DNA of 64,000 nt, taken from the NCBI RefSeq assembly GCF_039969435.1, contig NZ_JBDVNU010000038.1, forward strand, positions 86,071-150,070, written 5' to 3'. The notes below the pieces were generated by a model. That model was not told where the DNA came from, did no database searches, and saw only the letters and a list, made by a program, of their open reading frames with translations. The DNA comes from Ilumatobacter sp. GTDB lineage: Bacteria; Actinomycetota; Acidimicrobiia; Acidimicrobiales; Ilumatobacteraceae. Position 1 is the first letter of the stretch; each line of letters begins with the position of its first letter. The position numbers were made by a program, and so were the translations under genes. Below are positions 9,502 to 19,273 of this stretch, piece after piece.

Positions 9502-10416
9502 GTGGACCCCATGTCCGATGTCGTCGACGCCCAGCCGATCACCAGTCCGACGCGCGCTCCGTCGGTCGCGTCGGAGCCGGTGTGGCCGATCCCGTCGTCG
9601 CTGTCACCGTCACGCGTGTCGGCGTTCACCTCGTGTCCGATGCAGTTCCGCTTCTCGTCGGTCCAGCGTCTGCCCGAGCCCCCGGGCGTGGCAACGACAC
9701 GAGGGTCCGTCGTGCACCGTGCGTTGGAACTGCTCTTCGAACTGGCCCCTCCGGAGCGCACACCCGCCGCGCTCACCGGCATGCTCGACCGCGCCCTGGA
9801 GGAGTACGCCACCGACGCCGACTACGTCGGTCTGCGACTCGACGAAGCAGGAGCCACGTCGTTTCGCTCCGACTGCGACCGGCTGATCGAGAAGTACTTC
9901 GACATGGAGGACCCGACGAAGGTCCGTGACATCGGCCTCGAGGTGCGCATGGCAGCCGACGTCGGTTCGCTGGAACTCCGCGGCATCATCGACCGCCTGG
10001 AGTTGGACGACAACGGCGACCTGGTCGTCACGGACTACAAGACCGGCCGCGCACCGTCCGGGCGTTACGAACAGAAGTCGCTCGCAGGCGTCCACTTCTA
10101 CTCGTTCCTGTGCGAAGCCGTTCTCGGCAAGCGCCCGGCGAAGATCCGGCTGATGTACCTGTCGAACGGCGAGACCATCGAGACCATCCCGTCGCAACAG
10201 TCGGTCCGGTTCATCAACACCCGGACCACGGCGGTGTGGAAGGCGGTCGAACGAGCGTGCACCACGGGTGACTTCCGCCCGAACCAGAGCCGCCTGTGCG
10301 ACTGGTGCAGCTTCAAGCAGTGGTGTCCCGCCTTCGGGGGCGACCCCGACCTCGCCGCCACCGAGGCGGTCGCCGCCCACGAGGCACTCGTCGCAGACGG
10401 CGCCCGCGCCTCGTGA
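9502..10416 (+). CDS. PD-(D/E)XK nuclease (RecB-family/Cas4-like exonuclease with C-terminal Cys cluster)
   Basis: Nuclease core motifs (IIDRLE...DYKTG) and C-terminal C-x2-C-x5-C (CDWCSFKQWC) cluster typical of Cas4/AddB-type Fe-S nucleases. Confidence 0.7.
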   Translation: MDPMSDVVDAQPITSPTRAPSVASEPVWPIPSSLSPSRVSAFTSCPMQFRFSSVQRLPEPPGVATTRGSVVHRALELLFELAPPERTPAALTGMLDRALEEYATDADYVGLRLDEAGATSFRSDCDRLIEKYFDMEDPTKVRDIGLEVRMAADVGSLELRGIIDRLELDDNGDLVVTDYKTGRAPSGRYEQKSLAGVHFYSFLCEAVLGKRPAKIRLMYLSNGETIETIPSQQSVRFINTRTTAVWKAVERACTTGDFRPNQSRLCDWCSFKQWCPAFGGDPDLAATEAVAAHEALVADGARAS

Positions 10417-11048
10417 GCATCCTCGAGCACGACGATCCCGGCAGCCCGACCGTCGGCGAGAAGATCGACGAAGCCGTCACCGGCGAGGTTCCCGGACAGC
10501 ACCAGTTCGGTTCCGGAGTCGAGCGGTTCGACGAGATCGCCGACGCCCTGCTGGAACGAGTGCGTGGCAACCCGATCGCAGACCGGGTGTTCACCACGGC
10601 GAGTCACGTGGGCGACTTCAGCCTCGTGTGGCACTCGATCAACATCGCGATCGGCATCAGCGAACGCAAACCGAAACGCGTCGTCGCGTTCGCCGCGCTG
10701 ATCGGCGTGGAGAGCCTGGTGGTCAATCAGGGCGTGAAGCGGATGTTCAAGCGGTCACGTCCCACCGTCGCCGGCGAGACCGGCCTCGCCGTGCGCCGGC
10801 CGAGCACGTCGTCGTTCCCGTCCGGCCACGCCAGCGCTGCGACCTTCGCGGCAGCGATGCTGGCGCCGCGAGTCGGTCGGCCCTTCTCGGCTGCGGTGGT
10901 CGCCGCTGCGGTCGTCGTGGCCATCAGTCGCGCCTACGTCCGGATCCACCACGCCTCCGACGTCGTGGCCGGTGTGGTGACGGGGTCGCTGATCGTCGCA
11001 GCCACACGCCGCCTGGTGAAGAGGTTCGGTCGAGGCGACCTTCTCTGA
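10413..11048 (+). CDS. PAP2-family phosphatase (phosphatidic acid phosphatase type 2)
   Basis: GTG at 10413 overlaps the upstream stop (GTGA). PAP2 motifs KxxxxxxRP (KRMFKRSRP), PSGH (SFPSGHA), SRxxxxxHxxxD (SRAYVRIHHASD). Confidence 0.8.
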   Translation: MSILEHDDPGSPTVGEKIDEAVTGEVPGQHQFGSGVERFDEIADALLERVRGNPIADRVFTTASHVGDFSLVWHSINIAIGISERKPKRVVAFAALIGVESLVVNQGVKRMFKRSRPTVAGETGLAVRRPSTSSFPSGHASAATFAAAMLAPRVGRPFSAAVVAAAVVVAISRAYVRIHHASDVVAGVVTGSLIVAATRRLVKRFGRGDLL

Positions 11049-11149
11049 GACGGGTTGCCGTCGGACGGGGTGCCCTCGGACGGGCTGTTCCGACGCGGGC
11101 CCGGCCCGCGAGGGAGCGGACGAGCGCCGGTGAATCGGGAAGCGGCGTC

Positions 11150-11389
11150 TCAGGCGAGTTCGCTGGTGACCGGCGTGATGTCGCTGACATCGACGGCGGA
11201 CGCAGCGCGGCCGAGGTCGGTGAGGTTGACATCGGTGAGCAGCGTGCGGACGTCGAGCAGGAGGTCTGCGACCTCGTTCGTCGACACCAGGTCACGCTGC
11301 ATCATCTTGGCCAGTGCACCATCGATCACGCCCAACGCCTCGTTGATCACGGCGTCGTTGCTGTCAGAGGCATTCTGCTGATCTGTCAT
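11150..11389 (-). CDS. Small acidic hypothetical protein
   Basis: 79 aa; strong GC3 bias when read on the minus strand; divergent from the 11514 ORF. Confidence 0.45.
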   Translation of the reverse strand: MTDQQNASDSNDAVINEALGVIDGALAKMMQRDLVSTNEVADLLLDVRTLLTDVNLTDLGRAASAVDVSDITPVTSELA

Positions 11390-11513
11390 TGCGCTTCACG
11401 GTACCCCGCCATGCCTGAGGGCGCGCGCACCTGGCCCAAGTTCTCGGAGCGTTCACGAGAACGGAGGATGCGGCGTCCGGCTGTCCGGGCATCGGTTCCA
11501 CTCGGCATCTACG

Positions 11514-11945
11514 ATGCGCCGATGGACTCCGCAGGCCGAGCGACCGTCGACGCAGACCGCACACTCGGCGGCTGAGCGAGCAGAAGCCTCGACCTCCGTG
11601 TTCCGGTCCGAGTCGGCACTCGCTCGCCTGGGTCTGCGTCCGGCCGAGGCCATCCGCTTCAGGCGCAACGACAAAGGCCGGTGGGTCGTCGGCAAGGTCG
11701 AGGGAATCGAGGTCGACGGCAGCGTCACGCTGCGCGACCCGGACGGTTCCGCACGGTCCCTGCGTGCGGAGAGACTCGAGATCCGTCGGCCCGGCCCTCA
11801 CGGTCGTCTGACGTGGCAGGTCGTGAGCGACGTGGCGATCACGTGGGAGCAACTCGAACTCTTCGAACCCGTACCCGAGCCGACCGACGCGCCGGGTCCG
11901 CCGACGAGAATCCGCCGGAGCCGGCCGAAGTTGTTCGACGCGTGA
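11514..11945 (+). CDS. Hypothetical protein (likely true start GTG 11598)
   Basis: GC3 bias becomes strong only from about 11598 (MFRSESALARL...); the basic N-terminal region before that looks noncoding. Confidence 0.45.
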   Translation: MRRWTPQAERPSTQTAHSAAERAEASTSVFRSESALARLGLRPAEAIRFRRNDKGRWVVGKVEGIEVDGSVTLRDPDGSARSLRAERLEIRRPGPHGRLTWQVVSDVAITWEQLELFEPVPEPTDAPGPPTRIRRSRPKLFDA

Positions 11946-12015
11946 ACGAGACCGACGCACGGACATCGCAGCCAGTGCGCACGTGTACCCACGGTGAAGT
12001 GGCATCATCGGCACC

Positions 12016-13209
12016 GTGACGACGCCCGGCGCCGACGACGACGACCACCCGCCGACCAACCCGCCCGATCCACTCGATCCACACCCGAGCGGCACGGTCG
12101 CCGGGCCCCGATTCGGTGACGGAGGCACCGGTGAGTTCTCGCCGGGCTACGACGCGACCGTCCATCCCGATCCACACGCACGCCCACCCGGAGCGCCGAC
12201 GGCCGGCGGACCGCCGCCCCCGGCATCGGCGTCTCCTCCGCCGAACTCCCCGCCTCCCCCACCCCCCGATTCCGCGCGTCCGCCGACACCCCTCTCGACC
12301 GCCTCAGCGTCCATCGCAGCCGACGGTCGCGGCGCGAACCGGGCGTGGATCGCTCCCGTGATCGCCGCCGTCGTGCTCCTCGGTGGTGTCGGCGTGCTGG
12401 TGCTCGGACGAGGGAGCGACGGCGGGCCCGAACCCGTCACCACTGCCCTGATCGCCGAGGCCAACGACCCCGACGATCCGATCGTGGAGACCACCGTGCC
12501 CTTCGTGACCTCGCCGCCGTTGCTCGAACCGACCACGACGATCACCACGGACTCGACCACCACGATCGCCACCACGACGACGAGCACCACGACCACGAGC
12601 ACCACGACCACGGTTGCACCGGCCGCGGGTGGGCCGACCCAGGTGCAACTGGACAACGCCCTTCTCGGCATCGGCGACATCGGTGACGGCGCATGGCTCG
12701 AACAGGTGCCCGAGCCCGACGACGACCTGTGCGGCACGGCACCCGACGCGGTCGAACCCGACGCTCGAGCCGACTCGTTGTTCCAGGAGATCGTCGGTGA
12801 GCCGATCGGCGTCCGCCAGGTGTCGAACTCGCTCTTCACCTACGCGACTCCCGAGATCGCCGAGCAGGCCTTCACCGCCGACGTCGACCTGCTGGTGAGC
12901 TGCAACGCGACCACGGTCGAGGTGGAGGGCACGCAGTACCGCGTCGAGGTCGACGACGACTCGTTCACCGCCGAGGAGTCGGTCGACTTCCCCTGTGCCG
13001 ACCAGTCGGCGTTCCTCGTCACCCAACTCGTCAACGACCAGGCCGCCGTGCCCTACATCGCCCAGTCGGCCGTCGCCTTCCGGTGCGGCCGCAACATCAC
13101 CCTGACGACCCTCACCACGACCCTGGCCATCGACGATCTCAGTGACGACGACTTCTTCGACGCTGCGGGCCTCTCCAACATCCGCGTCGGTGAGCTCGCC
13201 GGATCCTGA
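12016..13209 (+). CDS. Pro-rich / Thr-rich single-pass membrane protein with C-terminal extracytoplasmic domain
   Basis: N-terminal Pro-rich segment, one TM helix (WIAPVIAAVVLLGGVGVLVLG), poly-Thr linker (TTTSTTTTSTTTT), then a Cys-containing globular domain. Confidence 0.55.
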   Translation: MTTPGADDDDHPPTNPPDPLDPHPSGTVAGPRFGDGGTGEFSPGYDATVHPDPHARPPGAPTAGGPPPPASASPPPNSPPPPPPDSARPPTPLSTASASIAADGRGANRAWIAPVIAAVVLLGGVGVLVLGRGSDGGPEPVTTALIAEANDPDDPIVETTVPFVTSPPLLEPTTTITTDSTTTIATTTTSTTTTSTTTTVAPAAGGPTQVQLDNALLGIGDIGDGAWLEQVPEPDDDLCGTAPDAVEPDARADSLFQEIVGEPIGVRQVSNSLFTYATPEIAEQAFTADVDLLVSCNATTVEVEGTQYRVEVDDDSFTAEESVDFPCADQSAFLVTQLVNDQAAVPYIAQSAVAFRCGRNITLTTLTTTLAIDDLSDDDFFDAAGLSNIRVGELAGS

Positions 13210-13236
13210 GCACTCGGATCGATCCGCCGCCGATCG

Positions 13237-14112
13237 CTACGAGTCCTCGTCCAGCCACGCCCGGATGATCTTGCCGGCGATGCTGATCTCGGGCGGGATC
13301 ATCGGCATCGCGTCCTTGCGATACCACTGAGCGTCCATGATCTCGGCTTCCTCGCAGACGATGTCGCCGCCGACGTAGGCCGCTCGGAAGCCGACCATCA
13401 GGCTGTGCGGGAACGGCCACGGCTGGCTCCCGACGTAGCACACGTCGTCGACGTCGACACCGACCTCCTCCTTCACCTCGCGGATCACGGCTCCTTCGAG
13501 ATCCTCACCCGGCTCGACGAATCCGGCGAGGCAGGAGTACATCGGCATGGGGAACCGCACACCGCGGGCCAGCAGCGCCTCCTGATCGGGGCCTGGCGCG
13601 CCGCGGGTGACCAGGGTGATCATCGCCGGCGCCACTCGCGGATAGGAGATCAGGTCGCACGCCGGACACTTCAGACCGCGCTCGCCCGGCGACGGCTCCG
13701 TCGGCATCGCACACCTCCCACAGAACTGGTGGGTGCGCGCCCACTCGACGGTCTGCACCGCACGCCCCGCCAGCAGCCACTCGGACTGCGACGCGACGGA
13801 GAAGTACCCGTACAGGTCGATCGCTGCGCCGTAGGACGGGTCGTCGCCCTCGGGGACGTCGACGGCCCACCAGCCCTCGCCGTCGAGCAGGCCGATGAAG
13901 TGGGCGGGCCACGCCGGGTCCTCGGGTCGATCGTCGACGAACACCTTGGTGGCGATCACGTGGACGTAGCGACGCAGCCCGTCGAACCCGTCGGGGAGTG
14001 CGTTCAGCGCGTCGAACATCGTCGCCGTGTTCATCGAGACGGTGTTCACGACGGTGGTGGCGAGTGGCTCGGAGACGGGGTCGCTGGTGGTCATCGCCGC
14101 CATCTGTAGCAC
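13237..14112 (-). CDS. nudC: NAD(+) diphosphatase NudC (NUDIX hydrolase with zinc ribbon)
   Basis: C-x2-C...C-x2-C zinc ribbon ([10 protein letters not shown]...KCPACD) followed by the Nudix box ([23 protein letters not shown]). Confidence 0.8.
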   Translation of the reverse strand: MLQMAAMTTSDPVSEPLATTVVNTVSMNTATMFDALNALPDGFDGLRRYVHVIATKVFVDDRPEDPAWPAHFIGLLDGEGWWAVDVPEGDDPSYGAAIDLYGYFSVASQSEWLLAGRAVQTVEWARTHQFCGRCAMPTEPSPGERGLKCPACDLISYPRVAPAMITLVTRGAPGPDQEALLARGVRFPMPMYSCLAGFVEPGEDLEGAVIREVKEEVGVDVDDVCYVGSQPWPFPHSLMVGFRAAYVGGDIVCEEAEIMDAQWYRKDAMPMIPPEISIAGKIIRAWLDEDS

Positions 14113-14143
14113 GCCACCCGACCGCCGCTCCTACGCTCACCCC

Positions 14144-14728
14144 ATGACCGCTGGCCCCGACTCCGCCGCGACCACTCCGGCCACGGACATCGCGACGCCG
14201 CAGGCGGCGCCGCAACGCGACGACGGGGTTCTGCACCCGGGCATCGAGGTGCTGGCGCCGCTGCTCGGCACGTGGACCGGCAGCGGTTCGGGTGAGTACC
14301 CCACGATCGAGCCGTTCGCGTACGACGAGACCGTCACGTTCGGCCACGTCGGCAAGCCGTTCCTCGCCTACTCACAACGGACGTCGTCCCGACCGGTCGC
14401 AGCGGACGACGTCGCTCGCCCGTTGCACGCCGAGTCGGGCTACTGGCGCACCCCCTCGCACGGTCTCGCAGAGATCGTGCTGGCCCATCCGACCGGAATC
14501 ACCGAGGTCCTCGAGGGCTTCGCCGCACCGAACAGCGCCGGCGCCACCGACACCCTGATCATCGACGTGCGATCAGCCACCGTGGCGCGCTCGTCCTCGT
14601 CGAAGGAGGTCACCCGCACCGAGCGGACCTTCGAGGTCACCGGCGACGTGTTGCGCTACACGGTCCGCATGGCCGCCGTGGGCCAACCGTTGCAGCATCA
14701 CCTGAGCGCCACCCTGCACCGCGTGTGA
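14144..14728 (+). CDS. Nitrobindin/THAP4-like FABP-fold heme-binding protein (UPF0678)
   Basis: ATG at 14144 in frame; [37 protein letters not shown] matches the nitrobindin beta-barrel signature. Confidence 0.65.
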   Translation: MTAGPDSAATTPATDIATPQAAPQRDDGVLHPGIEVLAPLLGTWTGSGSGEYPTIEPFAYDETVTFGHVGKPFLAYSQRTSSRPVAADDVARPLHAESGYWRTPSHGLAEIVLAHPTGITEVLEGFAAPNSAGATDTLIIDVRSATVARSSSSKEVTRTERTFEVTGDVLRYTVRMAAVGQPLQHHLSATLHRV

Positions 14729-14742
14729 ACGACGGTTCGTGA

Positions 14743-16371
14743 TCAGACGTCCAGTGCCACGCCGTCCAGTTCGGGCGGGAGCGCCTCGGTGCGGAGCCAG
14801 TCGTCGAAGAAGTCGTCGAGGTCGTCGCCGGAGAGTTCCTCTGCGAGCGCTTCGAAGTCGGCGGTGGTGGCGTTGCCGCCGCCGAAGCGTTGGCTCCACG
14901 TCGTGAGGATGTCGAAGAACACGTCGTCGCCGACCTCGACCCGCAGCGCGTGCAACGTGAACGCTCCACGCAGGTACACCTGGGGACCGAACAGATCCCC
15001 CGGGCCGGGATCCTGCACGTGGCGTTCGAGCGACGAACCGGCGAGGAGCAGGCCGCGGATCCAACGGTCGTAGGCGAAGTCGGGGTCCGATGCCTCGTCC
15101 CACAGCGCCTCGCCGTACGTGGCGAATCCCTCGTTGAGCCAGATGTCCTCCCAGCGATCGACGGTCACGTTGTTGCCGAACCACTGGTGGGCGAGTTCGT
15201 GGGCGATGACCGCCTGCGCGTCGCCGAACTGAAGGATGTCGGCGCCGTAGATCGACAGTGTCTGCGTCTCGAGCGCCCCGCCGAAGGAATCCTCGACCAC
15301 GGCTGACCCGTACACGTCGAACGGATACGGCCCGAAGAGCTCCTCGAAGGCGTCGATCATCGCCGGCTGATCGTCGAACACCTGGCCGAGTGGTTCGACG
15401 AGATCGGTGTCGATCACGTTCCGGACCGGGGTGCCGCCGGCACTCGTGCCGCCGTCGGTGACCGTGAAGTCGCCGATCAGGATCGTCGTGAGGTAGGTCG
15501 CCTGCGGGGCGGGCTGGACGAAGGTCCACGTCGTCAGTCCGCCGACGACCTCGGTGTCCTGCAGCGTGCCGTTCGCCGCCACGGTCAGGTCGGACGGCGC
15601 GGTGATCCGGTACGTGAACGACGCCTTGTCACTCGGATGGTCGTTCGCGGGGTGGAACGTCGACGCTGCCAGCGGCTCGCCGGCCACGTAGGCGTACCCG
15701 TCCTCGGTGTGCCAGCCGGACGGTCGACCGACGTCGCCGGCGACGAACTCGTTGTCCTGCGGCGTGCCCGAGTACTCCACGACCGTGGTGAACTCCGTGC
15801 GATCCTCGATCGCAACGCTCGGTGCGATCGTCAACTCGTCCTCGTCGCGCGTGACGACCGCGTCCTGCCCGTCGACCTGGACGAGCGAGACCTCGAAGCC
15901 GGTCAGTTCGAGGTTGAACGCCGCCAGGTCCTGGGTGGCCGTCGACACGATCCGGGCGACTCCGTCGAGTCGCTCCGCAACGGGGTCCCAGTCGAGCGTC
16001 AGGTCGTAGCTCTGCACGTCGTAGCCGCCGTTGCCGAAGTCGCCGACGTACGGGTCGCCCAACGAGGCGGCCCCCGGTTCCGCCTCGGCGCCGGACGTCG
16101 AGACGGGCTCCTCGACGGAGGTGGGCGCGTCGGTCACGGCGACATCGGGCACGTCAAGGGTCGTGATCGGTGCGGTCGTGGCGACGTCCGGCGCCGGCTC
16201 GGTGGCCGGCACCGAACGATCGGGAGTGGATCCGTCACGGGACGCCGTCGGCGACTCTCCGACGATCGGTTCGGAGTCCACGCCGATCGCCGTGCGGTCG
16301 GCCTGGTTCGCGCACGCCGCTCCCACGCCGACCGTGAGCACGCAGACGGCGATGCTGGAGAACTTTCGCAT
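14743..16371 (-). CDS. M1-family zinc metallopeptidase (aminopeptidase N-like), secreted/lipoprotein
   Basis: HEXXH-x18-E (IAHELAHQWFGN...WLNEGFATY). Start ATG at 16371 gives signal peptide MRKFSSIAVCVLTVGVGAAC. The upstream 166 codons of the 708-aa ORF overlap the divergent thiolase promoter region and are low-complexity. Confidence 0.8.
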   Translation of the reverse strand: MRKFSSIAVCVLTVGVGAACANQADRTAIGVDSEPIVGESPTASRDGSTPDRSVPATEPAPDVATTAPITTLDVPDVAVTDAPTSVEEPVSTSGAEAEPGAASLGDPYVGDFGNGGYDVQSYDLTLDWDPVAERLDGVARIVSTATQDLAAFNLELTGFEVSLVQVDGQDAVVTRDEDELTIAPSVAIEDRTEFTTVVEYSGTPQDNEFVAGDVGRPSGWHTEDGYAYVAGEPLAASTFHPANDHPSDKASFTYRITAPSDLTVAANGTLQDTEVVGGLTTWTFVQPAPQATYLTTILIGDFTVTDGGTSAGGTPVRNVIDTDLVEPLGQVFDDQPAMIDAFEELFGPYPFDVYGSAVVEDSFGGALETQTLSIYGADILQFGDAQAVIAHELAHQWFGNNVTVDRWEDIWLNEGFATYGEALWDEASDPDFAYDRWIRGLLLAGSSLERHVQDPGPGDLFGPQVYLRGAFTLHALRVEVGDDVFFDILTTWSQRFGGGNATTADFEALAEELSGDDLDDFFDDWLRTEALPPELDGVALDV

Positions 16372-16534
16372 GATGTCGATCCGAGTTGGAAGGTCCGGGG
16401 GCAGCACGAACGGAACGAGGAGGGCCGTCGCTGCCCGTCGACGGCCCTCCCCATCATCCCAGATCCGGCGGGTGCGATGCCGTCGGTTCGAGCCGACTTC
16501 GTTCCGCGGCACCCCATTGCGTAGCGTCTGGGTC

Positions 16535-17713
16535 ATGTCTGATGTCGTGATCGTCGATGCCGTCCGCACTCCCATCGGGAAGCGCAACGGCGGCTTGTCC
16601 ACCATGCACCCGGCCGAGACCCTCGGGCTCGTCCAGAAGGCGCTGATCGACCGGACGGGGATCGACCCGACGCTCGTCGAGCAGGTCGTCGGTGGTTGCG
16701 TGAGCCAGGCCGGCGAGCAGGCGTTCAACCTCACCCGGACCGCCTGGCTCGCAGCGGGCCTCCCACTCACCACGGCCGCCACCACCGTCGACACACAGTG
16801 CGGATCCAGCCAGCAGGCCACCGGCCTGGCTGCGTCACTGATCGGCTCGGGTGTCGTCGACGTCGCCATCGCCTGCGGCGTCGAGGCGATGAGTCGGGTG
16901 CCGATCGGTGCGAGCGGCGCGAAGCAGCTCGGCCTCGGCGTACCGATCCCGCCGCCCTACTTCGACCAGTACGAGATGACCTCGCAGTTCGAGGGTGCCG
17001 AGCGCATCGCCGACAAGTGGGAGATCACCCGCGAGGACACCGACGCATTCGGTCTGGCCTCCCAGCAGCGGGCGATCCAAGCGTGGGAGGAGGACCGCTT
17101 CGCCGGTCAGTACATCAGCGTCGAGGCCCCCGACGTCGACGAGGAGGGCAACCCCACCGGCACGACCCACGTCGTGTCGCGCGACGAAGGGCTGCGCGAG
17201 ACCTCGCTCGAGAAGCTCGCCACGCTCAAACCCGTCGGCCGCGAGAACGGTGTGCACACCGCCGGCAACGCATCACAGATCTCCGACGGAGCCGCTGCCA
17301 TCCTGATGATGACCCAGGAGAAGGCCGACGAGCTCGGCCTGACGGCACGAGCCCGAGTCGTCGACTCCTGCCTCGTCGGCACCGACCCGATCCTGATGCT
17401 CACCGGCCCGATCGACGCCACGCAGCGCCTGCTGACGCGCAACGACCTGACGATCGACGACATCGACGTCTTCGAGATCAACGAGGCCTTCGCCTCGGTC
17501 GTGCTCGCCTGGGCGAAGGAGACCGGCGCCGACCTGGCCAAGACCAACCCGAACGGTGGGGCGATCGCTCTCGGGCATCCGCTCGGCGGGACAGGTGCAT
17601 TCCTCCTGACGAAGGCGCTCTACGAGCTCGAGCGCATCGAGGGGAAGTACGCCCTCGTGTCGATGTGCTGCGGTGGCGGCCTCGGCACCGGCACGTTGAT
17701 CGAACGCATGTGA
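16535..17713 (+). CDS. Acetyl-CoA C-acyltransferase (thiolase)
   Basis: ATG at 16535 (MSDVVIVDAVRTPIGK); active-site Cys region (VDTQCGSSQQA) and C-terminal thiolase signatures (NPNGGAIALGHPLG, CGGGLGTG). Confidence 0.9.
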   Translation: MSDVVIVDAVRTPIGKRNGGLSTMHPAETLGLVQKALIDRTGIDPTLVEQVVGGCVSQAGEQAFNLTRTAWLAAGLPLTTAATTVDTQCGSSQQATGLAASLIGSGVVDVAIACGVEAMSRVPIGASGAKQLGLGVPIPPPYFDQYEMTSQFEGAERIADKWEITREDTDAFGLASQQRAIQAWEEDRFAGQYISVEAPDVDEEGNPTGTTHVVSRDEGLRETSLEKLATLKPVGRENGVHTAGNASQISDGAAAILMMTQEKADELGLTARARVVDSCLVGTDPILMLTGPIDATQRLLTRNDLTIDDIDVFEINEAFASVVLAWAKETGADLAKTNPNGGAIALGHPLGGTGAFLLTKALYELERIEGKYALVSMCCGGGLGTGTLIERM

Positions 17714-17850
17714 CCACCATGCTGTGACCACCATCCTCTGAGCGCGATGCGGTGAGTCTTCGTCGGCCTCCGGCCGACGCAGACTCACCGCACGCGTGTT
17801 GGGGGGTGCGAGGTGGAGCGAGCCCGCACGCGGACGGATAGAACGACGAC

Positions 17851-18369
17851 GTGGTCGACCGCAACGGTGCCGTCATCGTGTTCGTGGTCCTGGCCTGCAC
17901 GGCGTGCGACGGCGCCGACGACTCGGCTCCGACCACGCTCGTTCCTGGTGCGCTGGAGGCGAACGCCGTCGTCGAAGACGTCGTCGACGGCGACACCATC
18001 GACGCGACGATCGACGGTCGCACCGACCGGGTGCGACTCATCGGGATCGACACGCCCGAGACCAAGAAGCCGAACACGCCCGTCGAGTGCTTCGGCCCCG
18101 AGGCCACGTCGTTCACCGAATCGCTCCTGCCCGTCGGCACCGCGATCCGGATCGAACGAGACACGGTCAACCGTGACGACTTCGGTCGTCTGCTCGGCTA
18201 CGTCTACCGCGCCGAGGACGGAGTGTTCGTCAACTACGAGTCGATCCGTCAAGGGTTCGCCACGCCGCTCTCGATCGAGCCGAACACCGCCTACGTCGAA
18301 CTCTTCGTCGAGGCCGCCCGCTCGGCCGAGTCCGACGACGTCGGACTCTGGTCGGCCTGCAAGGAGTAG
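17851..18369 (+). CDS. Thermonuclease (staphylococcal nuclease homologue), lipoprotein
   Basis: Lipobox VLAC; SNase motifs (DGDTID..., RLIGIDTPE, RLLGYVY). Confidence 0.8.
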   Translation: MVDRNGAVIVFVVLACTACDGADDSAPTTLVPGALEANAVVEDVVDGDTIDATIDGRTDRVRLIGIDTPETKKPNTPVECFGPEATSFTESLLPVGTAIRIERDTVNRDDFGRLLGYVYRAEDGVFVNYESIRQGFATPLSIEPNTAYVELFVEAARSAESDDVGLWSACKE

Positions 18370-18379
18370 CGTCTCGGTC

Positions 18380-19213
18380 GTGGAGTCACTGGTCGAACGG
18401 TTGGGGTACGCCGCCGACACGAAGGTCGTGATCCTCTCGTGCGACGACCTCGGCGCGAGTCACGCGTCGAACGAAGGCGTGTTCCGTGCGCTCCATGACG
18501 GCGCCGCCACCTGCGCATCGCTGATGGTTCCCGCGCCGTGGGCATGCCACGCGGCGAACAACGCCCTGCCCGACGACGACATCGGCGTGCACCTCACGCT
18601 CAACTCCGAACACGGTTGCTACCGCTGGGGTCCCGTCACGCACTCGCCGTCGCTGCAGTCGGGCGAGGGCGGGTTCCCGCGCACGCTCGCCGACCTCTGG
18701 GAGCACGCCGATCCCGCCGAGGTCCTCCGCGAGCTCCGCGCCCAGGTCGAGCGCGCCATGGTCTGGGGCGTCGACGTCACCCACCTCGCACCGCATCTGT
18801 CGGCGATCACGCTGCGACCCGAGTTCTTCGACGTGTACCTCGAACTCGCATTCGAGTACCAGCTGCCGATCCGTCTCCCGTCGACGATCTCGGCCGAACA
18901 GGCCGGGTTCCCCTTCCGCTCGCTCGCCGCCGAGGAGGGCGTCGTGTTCCCCGACCACTTCGACCACGACTGGCGCGCCGGCAGCAGGACGAGAGTGTTC
19001 GATGCGATCGGGTCGTTGCAGCCGGGTGTCACGGAAATCCACGTTCAACCGGCCATCGACACACCCGAGGTGCGTGCCTTCGCCGGCGATGCCGCCGACG
19101 GGTGGATCGCCGATCTCGACCTGGTCACCAGCGACGAGCTGCGTCGGCGTCTCGACGACGCCGGCGCCGTGATGATCGGCTTCCGCGACCTCCGCGACCT
19201 CATGCGCTCCTGA
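18380..19213 (+). CDS. YdjC/ChbG-family carbohydrate deacetylase
   Basis: GTG at 18380 (in frame with the 17813 ORF); KVVILSCDDLGASHASNEGV and HLTLNSEHGCYRWGP motifs typical of the YdjC family. Confidence 0.65.
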   Translation: MESLVERLGYAADTKVVILSCDDLGASHASNEGVFRALHDGAATCASLMVPAPWACHAANNALPDDDIGVHLTLNSEHGCYRWGPVTHSPSLQSGEGGFPRTLADLWEHADPAEVLRELRAQVERAMVWGVDVTHLAPHLSAITLRPEFFDVYLELAFEYQLPIRLPSTISAEQAGFPFRSLAAEEGVVFPDHFDHDWRAGSRTRVFDAIGSLQPGVTEIHVQPAIDTPEVRAFAGDAADGWIADLDLVTSDELRRRLDDAGAVMIGFRDLRDLMRS

Positions 19214-19228
19214 ACCATCGGGTGTCAT

Positions 19229-19253
19229 CCATTCGGTGTCTGACACCGAATGG
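19229..19253. terminator. Bidirectional terminator-like palindrome (12-bp arms, 1-nt spacer) between convergent genes
   Basis: ccattcggtgtc t gacaccgaatgg; lies between the ydjC-like stop (19213) and the convergent small ORF stop (19271). Confidence 0.5.
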
Positions 19254-19273
19254 GTCAGACACCGAATGGGTCA
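19242..19273. repeat. 16-bp perfect tandem direct repeat (gacaccgaatgggtca x2)
   Basis: Copy 1 at 19242-19257, copy 2 at 19258-19273; overlaps the right arm of the palindrome and the stop codon of the 19271-19510 ORF. Confidence 0.7.

Noticed and set aside
16372-16869. 166-codon N-terminal extension of the M1 peptidase ORF
   Set aside because: It overlaps the divergent thiolase start region and is low-complexity. The internal ATG 16371 yields a canonical signal peptide/lipobox.
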